Source: Promethearchaeota archaeon
GTDB taxonomy: Archaea > Asgardarchaeota > Lokiarchaeia > Sigyniarchaeales > SOKP01
Length of the DNA stretch: 64,000 nt
Direction of reading: 5' to 3'
Assembly: GCA_016840085.1 (NCBI GenBank)
Contig: JAEOTA010000036.1
Location: 100,813-164,812 of the forward strand
The notes under the pieces were generated by a model that saw only the letters and a list, made by a program, of their open reading frames with translations, searched no databases and was not told the DNA's origin. The position numbers and the translations under genes are program-made. Positions 1-10,152 of this stretch are shown here, piece by piece. Position 1 is the first letter of the stretch, and each line of letters begins with the position of its first letter.

Positions 1-2
1 TT

Positions 3-587
3 CCATATTTAAAGAATCAATCTTATAATTCTTGCTTTGCTGCTGAAGCTTATTATTCTGAATTTCTAAACATTGACGGAGTAAAGCCTCTTAAGGATAA
101 TGAAAAAATCCATATTGGTGAAAATTTATCATTAGAAATTATTGAGACTCCTGGACACATGCCAGATCATATTTCAGTTTATGATATGAGTAATAAAACT
201 GTGTTTACTGGTGATACTATCGGGATGCACTGGTTCCCTGATTTTTATGTATGCAATTCTAATTCTATTTATTGGAAAGAAAAAGATTACCTTGAATCAA
301 TTGAAAAATTAAAATCGCTTGATTTAGAATTTCTTTGTATAGCTCATTTTGGAGTCATTACTAAAGAAGATATCGGACGTTTCTTTGATAATTCTGTCTC
401 TATGTATTATAAATGGATGGAGTTATTTGATCAAAAGAGTGATAAGCTTGACAATCCGCACTTTCTTATCGATTCATTATGGAATTCAGTTTATAATGAT
501 TTTTCAGATAAGCCAATATTGAAAGATACTTTAGAAATTGCTGTATTAAATGCTATAAATTATTATAAAGGACTTAAATCGCTTTAG
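3..587 (+). CDS. MBL-fold metallo-hydrolase (5' truncated by window edge)
   Basis: Frame is open from position 3. IETPGHMPDHISVYD, FTGD and CIAHFG are metallo-beta-lactamase fold motifs. Confidence 0.85.
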   Translation, partial: PYLKNQSYNSCFAAEAYYSEFLNIDGVKPLKDNEKIHIGENLSLEIIETPGHMPDHISVYDMSNKTVFTGDTIGMHWFPDFYVCNSNSIYWKEKDYLESIEKLKSLDLEFLCIAHFGVITKEDIGRFFDNSVSMYYKWMELFDQKSDKLDNPHFLIDSLWNSVYNDFSDKPILKDTLEIAVLNAINYYKGLKSL

Positions 588-588
588 T

Positions 589-825
589 TTAAAATTTATA
601 TTTTTTACTTATCATGTTATTATAAATCACATCTGTTAAACGAACATACTCTAATCCATTAGGTAAAAGAACATAAATAGGATCTTTTGTCTGAGTAATA
701 TCAAAACTTTCCTTTTTCATTAGAGATTTTTGAATCTTGTGTGTACTTGTGGTAGAGAGCGCAGATAAGAATCGGATGAATTTTGGAATAACATATTTAG
801 AAAGATTTTTCTGTAATAATTGCAA
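589..825 (-). pseudogene. C-terminal remnant of a long-chain acyl-CoA synthetase (FATP-like)
   Basis: YVIPKFIRF..TTSTHKIQK..FDITQTKDPIYVL resembles the FATP/acyl-CoA ligase C-terminus. The rest of the gene is absent because the next gene ends at 920. Confidence 0.65.
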
Positions 826-919
826 GAAATGCTTTCAAGTACAATAAAGAGACGTTAAACACCATGGAAATACAATTTTTTTAACAAATCATTTTTTATT
901 TATTTTCAGGATTTACAAG

Positions 920-1411
920 CTATAAATATGGAAGATCGTTTATTTCCATTGTAGTTCTTGTAGCTTTGATCAATTTGTGGAAGCCTGCTTTAGGAATTTG
1001 TAATGTTTCCGTATTAACGTTAGGATGGCAACAAATCTCTTCAGCATTCCAGATATTTTCATCCACCATGAAAATTACTTTATCTTCGATATCATTAACT
1101 AGTCCAATCGGAGACACAGCACCCGGAGTAATACCTAACACTTCAGAGAGATCTTTAGGTTCAGCAAAGCGAACTTTAGGAGCACCTATAATTCTACGAA
1201 ATTGGTTTAAATCAAGACGCTTGTCATGAGGTATTGTTACAAGATAGAATTGACCCAATTTCTTATTCTTCAGAAATAAATTTTTACAATGAGTTCCTGG
1301 GATGTGGCCACAATGTATTTTAGCTTCAGCTACAGTAAACACAGCTGGGTGTGTATGCAAGACATATTGAATATTATGATCCGCTAGCCATTTTTTTAAT
1401 GACTCATCCAT
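920..1411 (-). CDS. YbaK/ProX-family (PrdX-like) aminoacyl-tRNA editing deacylase
   Basis: HPAVFTVAEA, HCKNLFLKNKK, LGITPGAVSPIGL and HPNVNTETL motifs. Confidence 0.9.
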   Translation of the reverse strand: MDESLKKWLADHNIQYVLHTHPAVFTVAEAKIHCGHIPGTHCKNLFLKNKKLGQFYLVTIPHDKRLDLNQFRRIIGAPKVRFAEPKDLSEVLGITPGAVSPIGLVNDIEDKVIFMVDENIWNAEEICCHPNVNTETLQIPKAGFHKLIKATRTTMEINDLPYL

Positions 1412-1507
1412 TTTTTTCTCATCCTAATATACATTTCACATAAAGAAATCTCAAAAAATAAGAATTACTAATAATAAATAAAGGTGCAAAATAAAAACAA
1501 AATGAAA

Positions 1508-2215
1508 TTAAGATTCTCCTTCTGTTTCCTCTCTTCCGAGTAACCTAATTACAGCGTCTGCTAATTTGTTTTGACTTCGGCTCATAATGCCTTTAATTTT
1601 GCCTTCTTTTCCGAGAACTCGTAGCATGATGCCGTTCCAAATAGAAGAAGGTTCTCCTTTAATATTCTTAAATCTATCACGATGAACCTCAACGCTAATA
1701 TTATCATAATTCTTAGCTGCTTCAGTGCATTTAAAACATAAAATACATTTATCCTTATCTACTTCAATTTCTTTACCTTTTTTCTCCATCGCACTGACAG
1801 CACATTCTTCGCAGAATTTATCTATTACTTTTGTATCTTTCTCATTACAAGTAATTGTTATCGAACCTTCGACAACTTTCCTAACTTTATTTCCATTCTC
1901 TAGTGTTCGAACCTCTTCATCAAATTCTGGAAGAGAACCATTTTCTACAAGATTTAGTTTTTTCTCTCCATTAATAAGAAGTTCCAAGGTGTAACCTGGA
2001 CAAATCCAAGTGCATGAACCACACCATACACACTTATCCATATCAACTATAATCTTTTTATCAGACTCAATTTTCATCTCTTCTGGAGTTCCAATAGCGG
2101 TTTTTTTATAGGGTTCATCATATATAGATATTGTAACAGGGCAAACTCTATGGCAAAAACCGCATTCAACGCATTTACTCTCATCATACTTTAGAACCAT
2201 TTCATGATTGAGCAT
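1508..2215 (-). CDS. Polyferredoxin 4Fe-4S protein (FwdF/FwdG-like)
   Basis: CVECGFCHRVCP, CVWCGSCTWICP and CILCFKC motifs. The frame stays open about 28 codons upstream with no ATG/GTG/TTG, so the start is uncertain. Confidence 0.8.
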   Translation of the reverse strand: MLNHEMVLKYDESKCVECGFCHRVCPVTISIYDEPYKKTAIGTPEEMKIESDKKIIVDMDKCVWCGSCTWICPGYTLELLINGEKKLNLVENGSLPEFDEEVRTLENGNKVRKVVEGSITITCNEKDTKVIDKFCEECAVSAMEKKGKEIEVDKDKCILCFKCTEAAKNYDNISVEVHRDRFKNIKGEPSSIWNGIMLRVLGKEGKIKGIMSRSQNKLADAVIRLLGREETEGES

Positions 2216-2472
2216 CTTGAATTGATAATGAGTTATGTTCTCATCAACTTGAATTGCTTTCTTCGATGGTAATGAAATTTTCTTTTCACTTTTTTTTGAA
2301 TTTTAGATTAATTATTAATAATTTATTGAAAATAATAAAAGTTTCATCATTTGTTTCCAACTATATTTGTTAATTTGCTTTTAACATATTCTGAATTATT
2401 TTTTGAAGAATTTTCAGAAGAGATGAAAAATATATTTAAAATAAACTATCTTACTTTTTTAGTAGTTTATGA

Positions 2473-2874
2473 ATGAGGGTGAATCTAATTATGAGATTAC
2501 CTGCATTTATTTTAAAAAAGTGGTTAAAAGAAATTATTATTAGAGATCACAATATAGAAATAAAATTCTATTACAAGAGACGATCCCGTACTATTAAAGA
2601 ACTTTTAGACACCCTTATTATTTGGATTGATAAAAGAGTATTCTTTGACAACCAATTTTATCCAAATGATTTTGATATTGTGGTAAATGGAACACTATAT
2701 AAAAATCAAAACTTAGTTGAAATTAATGATTATCGTATTCAAGCTGGAGATTTGATTCAATTAATTGTCCCTAATAGAACAAATATATTAAGTGGGAGAT
2801 ATAAAATCTCGTTTGGATCCCATGGATATTCTAAAAAGGTGAATTTTAAAATAGACATATTATCTTCGAGGTAA
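2473..2874 (+). CDS. Hypothetical protein, possible beta-grasp (MoaD/ThiS/ubiquitin-like) fold without terminal GG
   Basis: TIKELLDTL...FDIVVNG...DYRIQAGDLIQLI pattern is typical of MoaD/SAMP proteins. Confidence 0.5.
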   Translation: MRVNLIMRLPAFILKKWLKEIIIRDHNIEIKFYYKRRSRTIKELLDTLIIWIDKRVFFDNQFYPNDFDIVVNGTLYKNQNLVEINDYRIQAGDLIQLIVPNRTNILSGRYKISFGSHGYSKKVNFKIDILSSR

Positions 2875-2878
2875 CAGA

Positions 2879-4162
2879 ATGAGTGACCAAAAATCTATTT
2901 CAAAACTATTACAAATAACATATTATTATGCTTTAGGTTCAGTTATCATATATGAAATAATAATAATATATAGTTCCTCAATAAACTATATGTATTTTTT
3001 TATTCCCGGTTTTTTTGTCGCTTTCTTCTTTAGTGTATACTACATAAATCGACAAAGAAATCTATCAAAATATCCTAGACCAATAAGAAAAAAATGGTAT
3101 TCTTCTTTACCAGACTGGTTTTGGTTAGTTTTATGTTATATCATCTTTTTTACATTACTTCTCACTATTCCTTTTGGCATTACTGGATTGTTGTTTGCAA
3201 CTATAATACCTTGTATAATAGTGACTATTGTTTTTTTTAGGATACAATATCTAATTTCGGTAGGAGATAACATAGAGAGAACATCTAGAATATTTAAAAA
3301 TAAAGAGATTATAATTAAGGGATTATTGATTGGGTTTGTTCTGATTCCCTTAGTCATCTTATATATAATTTTCTTAAGTATAATGACGGTGATTATTCTA
3401 ATATTGCCTGGAATTTTTTATTATTTATACTTTAATCGTCAGAAAATAAAATTACAGAAAAAACATGAGTTCTTAATTTTCTTTATTGTCATAATTCTAT
3501 CAATTACCCCATTCATTCTTGAAAGAACCTTGATTAGAAAGAATTATAAATATTTCGAGAATTATAATTTAGATCCAGCAGTTTCAAATAATGTAATTTC
3601 TATTTCTGAATCTTTTGATCACCATCAAGAATTAAATTGGAGTACGATAATAAGCCATGATGATATAGTTTTTCCTAATGAGAGAATATTGTACAAAAAT
3701 AAAATTAATGATCATAAGAATCAATTTTTTATTCCTTATCTTCATGGTAAAGAGTTGTTTAAGTATAGTTTCTCAGCTACCCCAATTATTACTCCTGTGA
3801 TAATTAATTATACAATAGATTATGGTTATTTTGAATATTCTCTTAATGATATTTCTTTCAATATATCAGGAGATTATTTTGATAAAGACTTTTTTGATGA
3901 ATATAGATACTGTTTTTGTTATTTCTATATAAATTCTTCTCTTTACAATCCTCCTAATATTACATCAGAATCAGTAGCATTTTCTAGCGGATTTCTTGTT
4001 ACGATTCATATGAGTTATGAATACCAATCTTCAATTTTTTATTTCGGAGGGGAGAAGGAACAAAAACATATAATAATTCTTAATGATGATTATGAAATTT
4101 TATTCGTTTTAATTGTAAGTTCTATAATTCAATTCATTGATGCTAGTGCATGTGGGTGTTAG
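2879..4162 (+). CDS. Multi-pass membrane protein, paralogue 1 of a tandem pair, ends in CGC
   Basis: About 7 hydrophobic segments followed by a soluble domain; clearly homologous to the next ORF. Confidence 0.8.
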   Translation: MSDQKSISKLLQITYYYALGSVIIYEIIIIYSSSINYMYFFIPGFFVAFFFSVYYINRQRNLSKYPRPIRKKWYSSLPDWFWLVLCYIIFFTLLLTIPFGITGLLFATIIPCIIVTIVFFRIQYLISVGDNIERTSRIFKNKEIIIKGLLIGFVLIPLVILYIIFLSIMTVIILILPGIFYYLYFNRQKIKLQKKHEFLIFFIVIILSITPFILERTLIRKNYKYFENYNLDPAVSNNVISISESFDHHQELNWSTIISHDDIVFPNERILYKNKINDHKNQFFIPYLHGKELFKYSFSATPIITPVIINYTIDYGYFEYSLNDISFNISGDYFDKDFFDEYRYCFCYFYINSSLYNPPNITSESVAFSSGFLVTIHMSYEYQSSIFYFGGEKEQKHIIILNDDYEILFVLIVSSIIQFIDASACGC

Positions 4163-4190
4163 AGACAATTATTTAAAATGATGAAAAAAA

Positions 4191-5471
4191 ATGAGTGAGC
4201 AAAAATCTAGTTCAAAATTATTACAAATAGTATTTTTTGTTGCTTTAGGTTCAGTTATTATTTATGAAATAATAATAATTTATAGTTCCTTAATAAATCC
4301 CTTGTATTTTATTGTCCTAGGTTTTTTTATCTCTTTCTTTTTTAGTGTATACTATATAAATCGACAAAGAAATCTATTAAGACATCCTCGATCAATAAAA
4401 ATAAAATGGTATTCGTCTTTACCAGATTGGGCTCGGATTGTTTTTTGCCCTATTGTGCTTGTACCATTACTTTTCATTATTCCTTTTGGATTTGCTGGAT
4501 TAATATTAGCAATTACAATTTCAGCTTTTGTGTTAATTATTGTATTTGGGAGGTTTTATCTAAATGCACGTGAAACTTATACAGTGGACTCATCTAAAGC
4601 ATTAAAGATGTATAAAAATAAAGATATTATAATTAAAGGATTATTGATTGGATTTGTTCTGATTCCCTTAGTCATCTTATATATAGTTTTTTTAAGTATA
4701 ATGACTTTAATTATATTATTTTTGTCAGGAATTTTTTATTATTTATATTTTAATCGCCAGAAGATAAAATTACAGAAAAAACATGAGCTCTTAATTCTTT
4801 TTATTATCATACTCCTTTCAATTACACCATTCATTCTTGAAAGAACCTTGATTAGAAAGAATTATAATTATATCGAGGTTTATAATCTAGACTCAGGGGT
4901 TCCAAATAATGTTATTTCCATTTCTGAATCTTTTGATTATCATCAAGAATTAAATTGGAGTACGATACGAAGTTACGATCGTCTACTTTTTCCTGATGAG
5001 AGAATATTATACAAAAATAAAATTAATGATCATAAGAATCAATTTTTTATTCCTTATCTTCATGCTAGAGCGCTGTTTAAGTATAGTTTCTCAGCGAAAC
5101 CAATTATTACTCCTGTGATAATTAGTTACAAAGGTGCCCTTCATCATAACTATAAATATCTTAGTGATGTAGATTTTATTTTATCAGGAGACTATTTCGA
5201 TGAAAACTGTTTTAAAGATTACTGTTTTTGCTATTTTTACATAAATTCTTATTATTACAATCCTCCTAATGAGACAATAGAAACAGTATCTTTTTCTAGT
5301 GGATTTCTTGTGAGAATTCATATGAATTATGAACATCAAATTTCGATTTTTGACTTTGATGGTGAAGAACAAGAACATATAATGATTCTTAATGATGATT
5401 ATGAAATTTTGTTCGTATTAGTTATAAGTCCTATAATTCAATTCATTGATGTTGCTGGATGTGGATGCTAA
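4191..5471 (+). CDS. Multi-pass membrane protein, paralogue 2 of a tandem pair, ends in CGC
   Basis: Shares long identical blocks with 2879-4162, e.g. ILYKNKINDHKNQFFIPYLH. Confidence 0.8.
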   Translation: MSEQKSSSKLLQIVFFVALGSVIIYEIIIIYSSLINPLYFIVLGFFISFFFSVYYINRQRNLLRHPRSIKIKWYSSLPDWARIVFCPIVLVPLLFIIPFGFAGLILAITISAFVLIIVFGRFYLNARETYTVDSSKALKMYKNKDIIIKGLLIGFVLIPLVILYIVFLSIMTLIILFLSGIFYYLYFNRQKIKLQKKHELLILFIIILLSITPFILERTLIRKNYNYIEVYNLDSGVPNNVISISESFDYHQELNWSTIRSYDRLLFPDERILYKNKINDHKNQFFIPYLHARALFKYSFSAKPIITPVIISYKGALHHNYKYLSDVDFILSGDYFDENCFKDYCFCYFYINSYYYNPPNETIETVSFSSGFLVRIHMNYEHQISIFDFDGEEQEHIMILNDDYEILFVLVISPIIQFIDVAGCGC

Positions 5472-5576
5472 AGGAAAGATTGAATAAAACATAAGTTCTA
5501 TTTAAAGATTTAAAATTAAGTTGAATTTTATTAAACTATATATGATTAAGCTGTCGTAAAAATAATTTAGAATTAA

Positions 5577-6242
5577 TTATCCATAGAATATGCGATACAA
5601 ATCGTTATATAGTTCAGCTAATTTAGAAATTTTATATTGGTCATTTTGTTGCAAAACATAAGATATATAACCTGCTAAACCATGAGGATTGTTAATCCAT
5701 TGTAAAAAGCCCTCAAGTTCAGCTTTAAGATAAGGATCAACTGTAGAATCCGCTGTTGTCTGAAAACCTGCTACTGTTTGCCCTGAGACGCTTTCATATA
5801 CTACTTTCTCCTTAGTTTCACTGGGCAACTCAACTTTTGTTTCAATAAATTCAGATTTTGAGCCTTTTTTCAACATTGCAGCAGCTCTTGCTACAGCGGG
5901 ATAAGCCATATGAAACCACCCCTTTGCCTTAGGTCGAATATGAGCAACCATATATTTGTCTCCATCTGGAACTGATGCACCAATTAAATGTCCTTTTTTT
6001 TTACGATTAGTACCTATAAAGCGTTCAGGTTCCATTTGTAGAATGGAATATCTAATTCCATTTAATACAACGAATTGTGCATTGCCACTTACCCAGCTAG
6101 CTAAAACACCTTTAATATCTTTTTTAACATCCCATTTACTTGTAGAATAAAGAATCTTTCCATTTTTATCGACAATTGCTACATCTGATGCATCAGGATA
6201 ATGTTTATGCAATTTACTAACAACAGATTTAAAATTTGTCAT
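5577..6242 (-). CDS. Asgard profilin-like protein with C-terminal extension
   Basis: AIVDKNGKILYSTSKWDV...LNGIRYSIL..EPERFIGTN..KKGHLI follows the Loki-profilin pattern in the first ~125 aa. Confidence 0.7.
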   Translation of the reverse strand: MTNFKSVVSKLHKHYPDASDVAIVDKNGKILYSTSKWDVKKDIKGVLASWVSGNAQFVVLNGIRYSILQMEPERFIGTNRKKKGHLIGASVPDGDKYMVAHIRPKAKGWFHMAYPAVARAAAMLKKGSKSEFIETKVELPSETKEKVVYESVSGQTVAGFQTTADSTVDPYLKAELEGFLQWINNPHGLAGYISYVLQQNDQYKISKLAELYNDLYRIFYG

Positions 6243-6243
6243 G

Positions 6244-7635
6244 TTAGATCTCTTTACTTATTTTGTATTCATTTTTTTCAGATAATTTTATCCAATAATC
6301 GATTTCTTCTAATAATTCTTTCTTTTCTTTTTCACTCAAACCAAGATTTTTTTCTGTTCTTTGAAACATATTCGAATATTTACTCATATCCCACAGATAG
6401 TTTAAGTGTAAAACTTTCTTCTTAATATTATCTCGAGCTATTCCGAAAGCTGTTCCTATTGATTGAATATCATAATCTTCCTCAACAATTTTCTTCACAG
6501 TAATTAGAATATCTAAAATATTATCTATAGGGATAGTTGGAAGCGGTTTAAAATCTATAAAAGACCGTTTCATTGTTCTTAGTTCAAATTTATCTTCTTT
6601 CTTTATAAATTCCCCAATTTTAGGCTTTTTTAATCCAGTAGTTTCTTTAGGTTCATACCTGACTGTTTCATCTGGAGTAAAAGATTGTTCTAATTGCACT
6701 TTAGATTGTCTTTTAAATAAATCTGGCCAATCTTTAAAAGAATTCATATATGATTCCGCTGAAATTAATATTGACTCTTTTGGCATTTTACCAGATATCT
6801 CTCTTTCCTGCGGAGGGATTGGTATCCCTATTTTTAAATAAGGCGTTGCATTATCTATTATGGAAAATAAATACATTGGATCGTATTCTATTGATGAAAA
6901 AACATCTTTTAATTGTTGGGTCATCTGTGTTATTGCCTGTAATTCCAAAGAAGAAAAATGGTCATTAAGAATTTTATCTGCTCCTAAAGAGATGTTATTT
7001 AAACCTGCGGTGGCTTGTAAATAGTTAGTTTTCGATTCATAATCCATTTCATTGGAAATTAAAATTTGATTATAAAAATCCCAATGAGTGCTTAATAAGA
7101 TATGTTTGCTTTTTTCTATTTGAAAAGATTTGGGATTATGAAGTGTTTCCATTAATTCCAGAAAGATATCTTTATAAGGTATGAATAAATTTCGCATCAG
7201 TGTTCCTTGAATGAAAGTTTTCTTATTGTCAGTTTTATAAGAAAGATCCATTGGAAGTTTAAATAAATTTTCGCTTACAATTACATCCCTATCATTTTCT
7301 AGTGTAATGTTCTTTGATGTGGCTAGATGGTCATATACAAAATCAGATAGAATTAATCCTGTCAATTGCCGGTTATCTGTAATATATCTTCCAGATTGTA
7401 ATTCAAACTTTACATAATAATATCCTAACCCAAATAAATAGTAAAGTATTCCTTTTTCAGTTAGTATAGCACATTCAGTTCCACCAAAAAAAATAACAAG
7501 ATCTTGAGAAATTTTAGATACATTATGATTAGCATACTTGCCTAAGGTTGGATATCCAAGTAAATTCCCCCAACTAGGGATAACAAAAAATAAATTATTA
7601 TTGACTAATTTGCTCTCGATAATGTGTGTCGACAT
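6244..7635 (-). CDS. Hypothetical protein, probably co-transcribed with the profilin-like gene
   Basis: 463-aa ORF ending 1 nt before the profilin start codon. Confidence 0.75.
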   Translation of the reverse strand: MSTHIIESKLVNNNLFFVIPSWGNLLGYPTLGKYANHNVSKISQDLVIFFGGTECAILTEKGILYYLFGLGYYYVKFELQSGRYITDNRQLTGLILSDFVYDHLATSKNITLENDRDVIVSENLFKLPMDLSYKTDNKKTFIQGTLMRNLFIPYKDIFLELMETLHNPKSFQIEKSKHILLSTHWDFYNQILISNEMDYESKTNYLQATAGLNNISLGADKILNDHFSSLELQAITQMTQQLKDVFSSIEYDPMYLFSIIDNATPYLKIGIPIPPQEREISGKMPKESILISAESYMNSFKDWPDLFKRQSKVQLEQSFTPDETVRYEPKETTGLKKPKIGEFIKKEDKFELRTMKRSFIDFKPLPTIPIDNILDILITVKKIVEEDYDIQSIGTAFGIARDNIKKKVLHLNYLWDMSKYSNMFQRTEKNLGLSEKEKKELLEEIDYWIKLSEKNEYKISKEI

Positions 7636-7784
7636 GGATTATTATTAATATCAATTTTTTTTAAACATTTTTAGGAATTGATTATTTTATTTATAGATTT
7701 TTTTTTTAAAATTCAAAAAATTGAAGATTTTTCTAAAAGATTAGAATATCTAAAGAAATCAGGAGATTAATTAATTCAGTTATT

Positions 7785-8075
7785 TCAATTATCTGCTTTT
7801 ATTGATATTTTTAAAATTTCCGTCGTGTTTTCTAACACATTTACTGTAGTAATGGTTTCTTCCATGGAAGTAATTTATTGTTCGAAAAAGGCATTAATCT
7901 CCTCGAATCCTCTAAAATTTTCTTCATCTGTCGCAGAGATTCTTTCACTATCCTTAATAATACTTTTTATTACATTCATACTTATTTTAATTCTATTAGT
8001 AATTGCTTCAACTTTAGTACTAATTTTTAAAACATCGTATTTAGAAACCTCAGTTAATTTTTTAACTTGATCAAC
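7785..8075 (-). pseudogene. Decayed methyl-accepting chemotaxis protein signalling-domain fragment
   Basis: IVDQVKKLTEVSK...ISATDEENFRGFEEINAFFEQ*ITSMEETITTVNVLENTTEILK matches the MCP heptad pattern and continues in frame past a TAA at 7875-7877. Confidence 0.55.
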
Positions 8076-10003
8076 TATTCTCGCGCTAACCAAACTATCA
8101 TTTCACTTCTACCGCGATTGGCCCAAGCATAATAAGGAATTTGTTTCAGATTTTGTTTCTTATGTTCAATTTTGGATTCTTTAACACAATTAATATCTCC
8201 AGTAATTATAACCAATCCATTTAATATATCATCCCGATATTCTGCTTTTAGTTCAGCAGTATCCTTTAATAACAAATTAAATATTGAATCCCCTTTGTTA
8301 TCTATACTTTCGCTACAATAAACAATAGGACCACGTTCAATAGCGACTTTCTTCGCATTATCTTCAACTTTTTCATGGCTTAGAACTCTTCTAATTGGCA
8401 TAGGTATGTTTAATTCAATTGTATCATTATCTCTCCATGCACGCTGAATTTTAACATACCCCTTTTCTATTTCAAAGTCAACCAATTTATTATTAATTAC
8501 TATACTTACTTCCAAATCATTTGATTTCAAATAATAATATAAATCGCTAGGTTCTGGCCTGTTCTGTGCCCAACCAGGAATGCGGATTGCGATAATTAAT
8601 TCTCTCATTTGAGGGAGACTAATTGTAAATTTCACATTTCCCTCCCAAGGATAATCTGTTTTTTGAGTAATAGAGATTTTCATATTCTCAAGTAAAATCG
8701 TTGCCACACTTCCAATAAACAGATTAATAAAAATTGTCTTTTCCTTTATTGAATAAATGTAATTAGGAATTTGAGGTATAAAGCGCACGATATTAGTAGG
8801 ACAACAAGGGCATTTCCACCAAGACCTTCTATCAACATTTCCTTTTGAAGCGAGAGGATTAATATAGAAAAATTTTTTACCATCTAATGATACTCCTGAG
8901 AGGAACCCATTATATAATGCTCGTTCTAAAATATCAATATACTTTGCATCTCCATATAGTAAAAAAAGACGGTAATTCCAGAATATATTGGCAATAGCTG
9001 CACAGGTTTCAGCATAAGCTTCGAAGTTAGGTAAGTCATAATTTTTCCCGAAACTTTCTCCTTCTGTACGAGCTCCAATCCCCCCTGTTATATATAATTT
9101 TTTAGAAACTACGTTATCCCAAATAAGGTCAATTGAGGTTTTATATTTAGAATCATTGTAAATAGATATTATATCTGTAATTGCTGAATACATATAAGCC
9201 GCTCGAACAGCATGGCCTACAGCTTCATCTTGTTCAATAATTTTTTTATGGGATTGGTTATATTCGGGGGATCTTGCATCTTCAAAATAGATTTTAAATT
9301 TAGTTAAATAATCTTCAAAATCGAATGCTTCAGTAGAACCACGAATATCTAAGAAAAATTTTGCTATATCTAAATATTTTTCATTATTTGTTTGCTTATA
9401 TAGTCGAATTAATGCTATTTCAATTTCTTGATGACCTGGAATTCTTTCGAGTTTTCCTGGACCAAATTCTCTATTTATTAAATCTGCACTTTTAATTGCC
9501 ACGTTTAATAGTTTTATTTTACCTGTAGCTTTGTAGTAAGCAATTCCCGCTTCAATAAGATGCCCCATATTGTATAATTCATGACTTAATATTGAAACTA
9601 ATTCCCATCTTTCTTTCCCAGCCAATACGTGAGGTTTACCAGGATTTATTGTACGAGTAGTATATAAATAACCATCATCTTCTTGAGCTGCCGCTATTTT
9701 TTCAATTAAATTATCGAGATATTCTTCAAGCTTGGGATCAGGGAAATGGATTAATGAATAGGCTGCTCCTTCAATTACTTTAAAAACATCAGAATCATCA
9801 AAAGGAAAGATTGGCTTTTTTCCATCATTCAATAATCCTGCTGCTCTTGAAAAATTGTCAATACGTCCAGTTTTTTCACATTTCTTAAATGCATGAGGAA
9901 TTGTAATAAGATGATTGATTTCTATTCTAGGCGCCCAAAATTTATCATTAATTCTTACTTGAGTAAGAGAAATTGGATGAATTGCATAATCTGAAGAATT
10001 CAA
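8075..10003 (-). CDS. Glycoside hydrolase family 127 (beta-L-arabinofuranosidase-like)
   Basis: FDDSDVFKVIEG, HELYNMGH, GHAVRA, YAETCAAI and CPCCPTN motifs. Confidence 0.93.
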   Translation of the reverse strand: MNSSDYAIHPISLTQVRINDKFWAPRIEINHLITIPHAFKKCEKTGRIDNFSRAAGLLNDGKKPIFPFDDSDVFKVIEGAAYSLIHFPDPKLEEYLDNLIEKIAAAQEDDGYLYTTRTINPGKPHVLAGKERWELVSILSHELYNMGHLIEAGIAYYKATGKIKLLNVAIKSADLINREFGPGKLERIPGHQEIEIALIRLYKQTNNEKYLDIAKFFLDIRGSTEAFDFEDYLTKFKIYFEDARSPEYNQSHKKIIEQDEAVGHAVRAAYMYSAITDIISIYNDSKYKTSIDLIWDNVVSKKLYITGGIGARTEGESFGKNYDLPNFEAYAETCAAIANIFWNYRLFLLYGDAKYIDILERALYNGFLSGVSLDGKKFFYINPLASKGNVDRRSWWKCPCCPTNIVRFIPQIPNYIYSIKEKTIFINLFIGSVATILLENMKISITQKTDYPWEGNVKFTISLPQMRELIIAIRIPGWAQNRPEPSDLYYYLKSNDLEVSIVINNKLVDFEIEKGYVKIQRAWRDNDTIELNIPMPIRRVLSHEKVEDNAKKVAIERGPIVYCSESIDNKGDSIFNLLLKDTAELKAEYRDDILNGLVIITGDINCVKESKIEHKKQNLKQIPYYAWANRGRSEMIVWLARE

Positions 10004-10152
10004 AATATCCTCTTTAAAAAAAAATAACTATTATTGATTACAAGTTTAAATTAGATAAATTAAAAAAATGTAAAATAATTAACTATTTTAAGTTTTTAAA
10101 ATTGATTTGATAATATCCACTTCTTCCTGAGAGTAGAATTAAAAAAATAAAA

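Noticed and set aside
2879-5471. Diversity-generating retroelement template/variable repeat pair
   Set aside because: Both copies are full-length genes, the differences are not confined to adenines, and no reverse transcriptase is present.
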